Made by a program: the position numbers and the translations under genes | Assembly (NCBI GenBank): GCA_000697335.1 | Contig: JNEM01011312.1 | Coordinates: 1 to 38,730, forward strand | DNA length: 38,730 bases | Origin: Conidiobolus incongruus B7586 | Taxonomy: Eukaryota | Reading direction: 5' to 3' | Shown here: piece after piece, positions 36,983 to 38,730 of the stretch | Layout: the number at the start of each line of letters is the position of its first letter | How positions within the stretch are numbered: the first letter of the stretch is position 1 | Notes under the pieces: generated by a model | Seen by the model: the letters and a program-made list of their open reading frames with translations, nothing else | What the model was told of the DNA's origin: nothing | Databases searched by the model: none

Positions 36983-37712
36983 ATGTCAAAAGCTAAAGAA
37001 AACGATTTTTATATAAGATATTAGTAATTCAATGTCTTCACTTATTCAATTATCACTTTAATATTCAATTTTTCATTTAGTGCTGGTCACGAAGGTGAAA
37101 ACGGTCATGAATTTTTAGAATTTGAAATTTGTAGCGATGGAAAGTGTAGATATGCTAATTATTCAAATTATAGAGACGATAATTTAATTAGGAAAGAAGG
37201 TAAATATTTTTATTTATTTATTTTGGATATTAATAACTTTATTTTAGCTTATATTAGTGACTTGATGTTAAGTGAAATTAAGAGAATGGTTTTAGAGAGT
37301 AATATTTTAGAGTAATTCATATTTATTTCAATATTTTTCTAGTTTTATTAAATTAATTGGTAATCAGATTAAATGACGAAAATTGGCCAGTTGAAACACC
37401 TTTAGGAAAACAAGAATTAGAAATTCAAGCTTCAAATATTCATATTTCATTCGAGGTAATTTAATACAAAGCTATATAATATATTATACAGTATTAACAT
37501 TTTAATTTTAATAGACTGCTCAAATCGGTTCATTACTAGATATTTCAGAATCCAAAGATCCAAAAGGACTAAAACAATTCTATTACTTTATTCAAAATCT
37601 AAAATGTATCGTTTTTAGCTTAATTTCAGCTCATTTTAAGGTAAAATATAAATATTCTTAATTTATTTAAGTAATTTATATTAATTTTTTATCATAGATT
37701 AAGCCTATATAA
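36983..37712 (+). CDS. MAGOH: Mago nashi (exon junction complex core subunit), divergent, 150 aa, 6 exons (not in ORF track)
   Basis: Exons 36983-37023, 37081-37199, 37248-37311, 37368-37455, 37515-37640 and 37698-37712 splice to [55 protein letters not shown]...GKQELEI...HISFETAQIGSL...[31 protein letters not shown]. Confidence 0.95.
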
Positions 37713-38730
37713 ATTATTTAATAAATTATATCTCTATACATTATGTAAACTCACATTATTGGTATTTATCTATTAAGGATAAGGTATGTATAATTTATAG
37801 CGTTGTATCATACACTAGAGCTTAACTTGATAACTTTGCTAGTATTTATGAATTCAGTTATTTCTAATAATTTTAAACTATTTAATATCTATTATGCATA
37901 TTTAAAAATAATGAAGTCTTCAATTTTCTAACACTCAGTATATATTTTCGCATTTTTTATGATTCATATTAAATTCATCAAGATATTCATCGAATCAACT
38001 TATTCAAAATATAAATCAATCCATTATTTTATATTCACTCTATACATCAATAATAGTCATATTATTGACTTTTATTTGATGTCAAACGATGCTATTAAAT
38101 TTGTTAATTACATATTTTTTTAAATTTATAATTAAATACAAATTTTCTCGAATTGAAAAATCAAAAATCATAATTATGCATCTATTAAATAATATAATAT
38201 TATTAATCAAATTAGTTTTATTATACCTTAAAAGAGGAATTAAATGCATGTTTAAATACTAATAATTTTTATGAATTTATTGTTAAGCAGTAATTTGATT
38301 ATTTATATCTTAAGGTTTTAATGATTCAAACTTTTATATTATATTAATATTTGACATAATTATAATTGGTTTAGAAAATTAATTAACTTGATAATGAAAT
38401 ATACTTAGCAATGTTAATAACTTTAATATTATAATATGATTATATTATAATAATATTAAATATATTCTAAACTTAAATTATAAAATTATTAATATCCAAA
38501 TATTTTTTCAATTATATATAAAATCAAAGTACACTTAATCACCTTACTAATAAAATAATTATATTATTACTTATATAATAAAGAATTAATATGAAATATC
38601 ATTAGTTATTATTGCAAATTCAATAAATTAATATATAAACTTAGTAATATATTTCGATATTAATATAATTAAATTATAATAAAATAAAAACATCTATAAT
38701 ACTACTTAATATATATTTCAATTTAATAAT

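Noticed and set aside
1..38730. Prokaryotic features (CRISPR arrays, operons), rRNA or tRNA genes, alternative genetic code
   Set aside because: None were seen. All genes translate with the standard code once short spliceosomal introns are removed.

Overview
This is very AT-rich eukaryotic genomic DNA, most consistent with an early-diverging (non-Dikarya) fungus. That placement is an inference from the short GT-AG introns and a metazoan-like gene set. I reconstructed ten protein-coding genes by hand, nine of them spliced, with 29 introns all 48-64 nt long. They encode an SSXT/SS18-domain protein, the Tpa1/OGFOD1 hydroxylase, an equilibrative nucleoside transporter, a 1672-aa TPX2-like protein, a UBL-PHD-SRA UHRF1-like protein, a disordered CaaX protein, RFC1, MED8, an Arb2/FAM172A-family protein and Mago nashi. 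MED8 and Mago are missing from the ORF track and Arb2 appears only as fragments. Main observations: (1) two apparently featureless AT blocks (~7.6-8.6 kb and ~18.5-19.5 kb) are inverted homologous relics of a mariner transposase destroyed by pervasive C>T/G>A transitions (RIP-like); (2) Mago carries substitutions at the eIF4A3- and PYM-contact residues; (3) the SRA domain has lost its 5mC pocket; (4) the TPX2-like protein keeps an Aurora-binding N-terminal motif in an exon the ORF track misses; (5) a sense-oriented (T)CCCATAA element lies upstream of 7 of the 10 genes.
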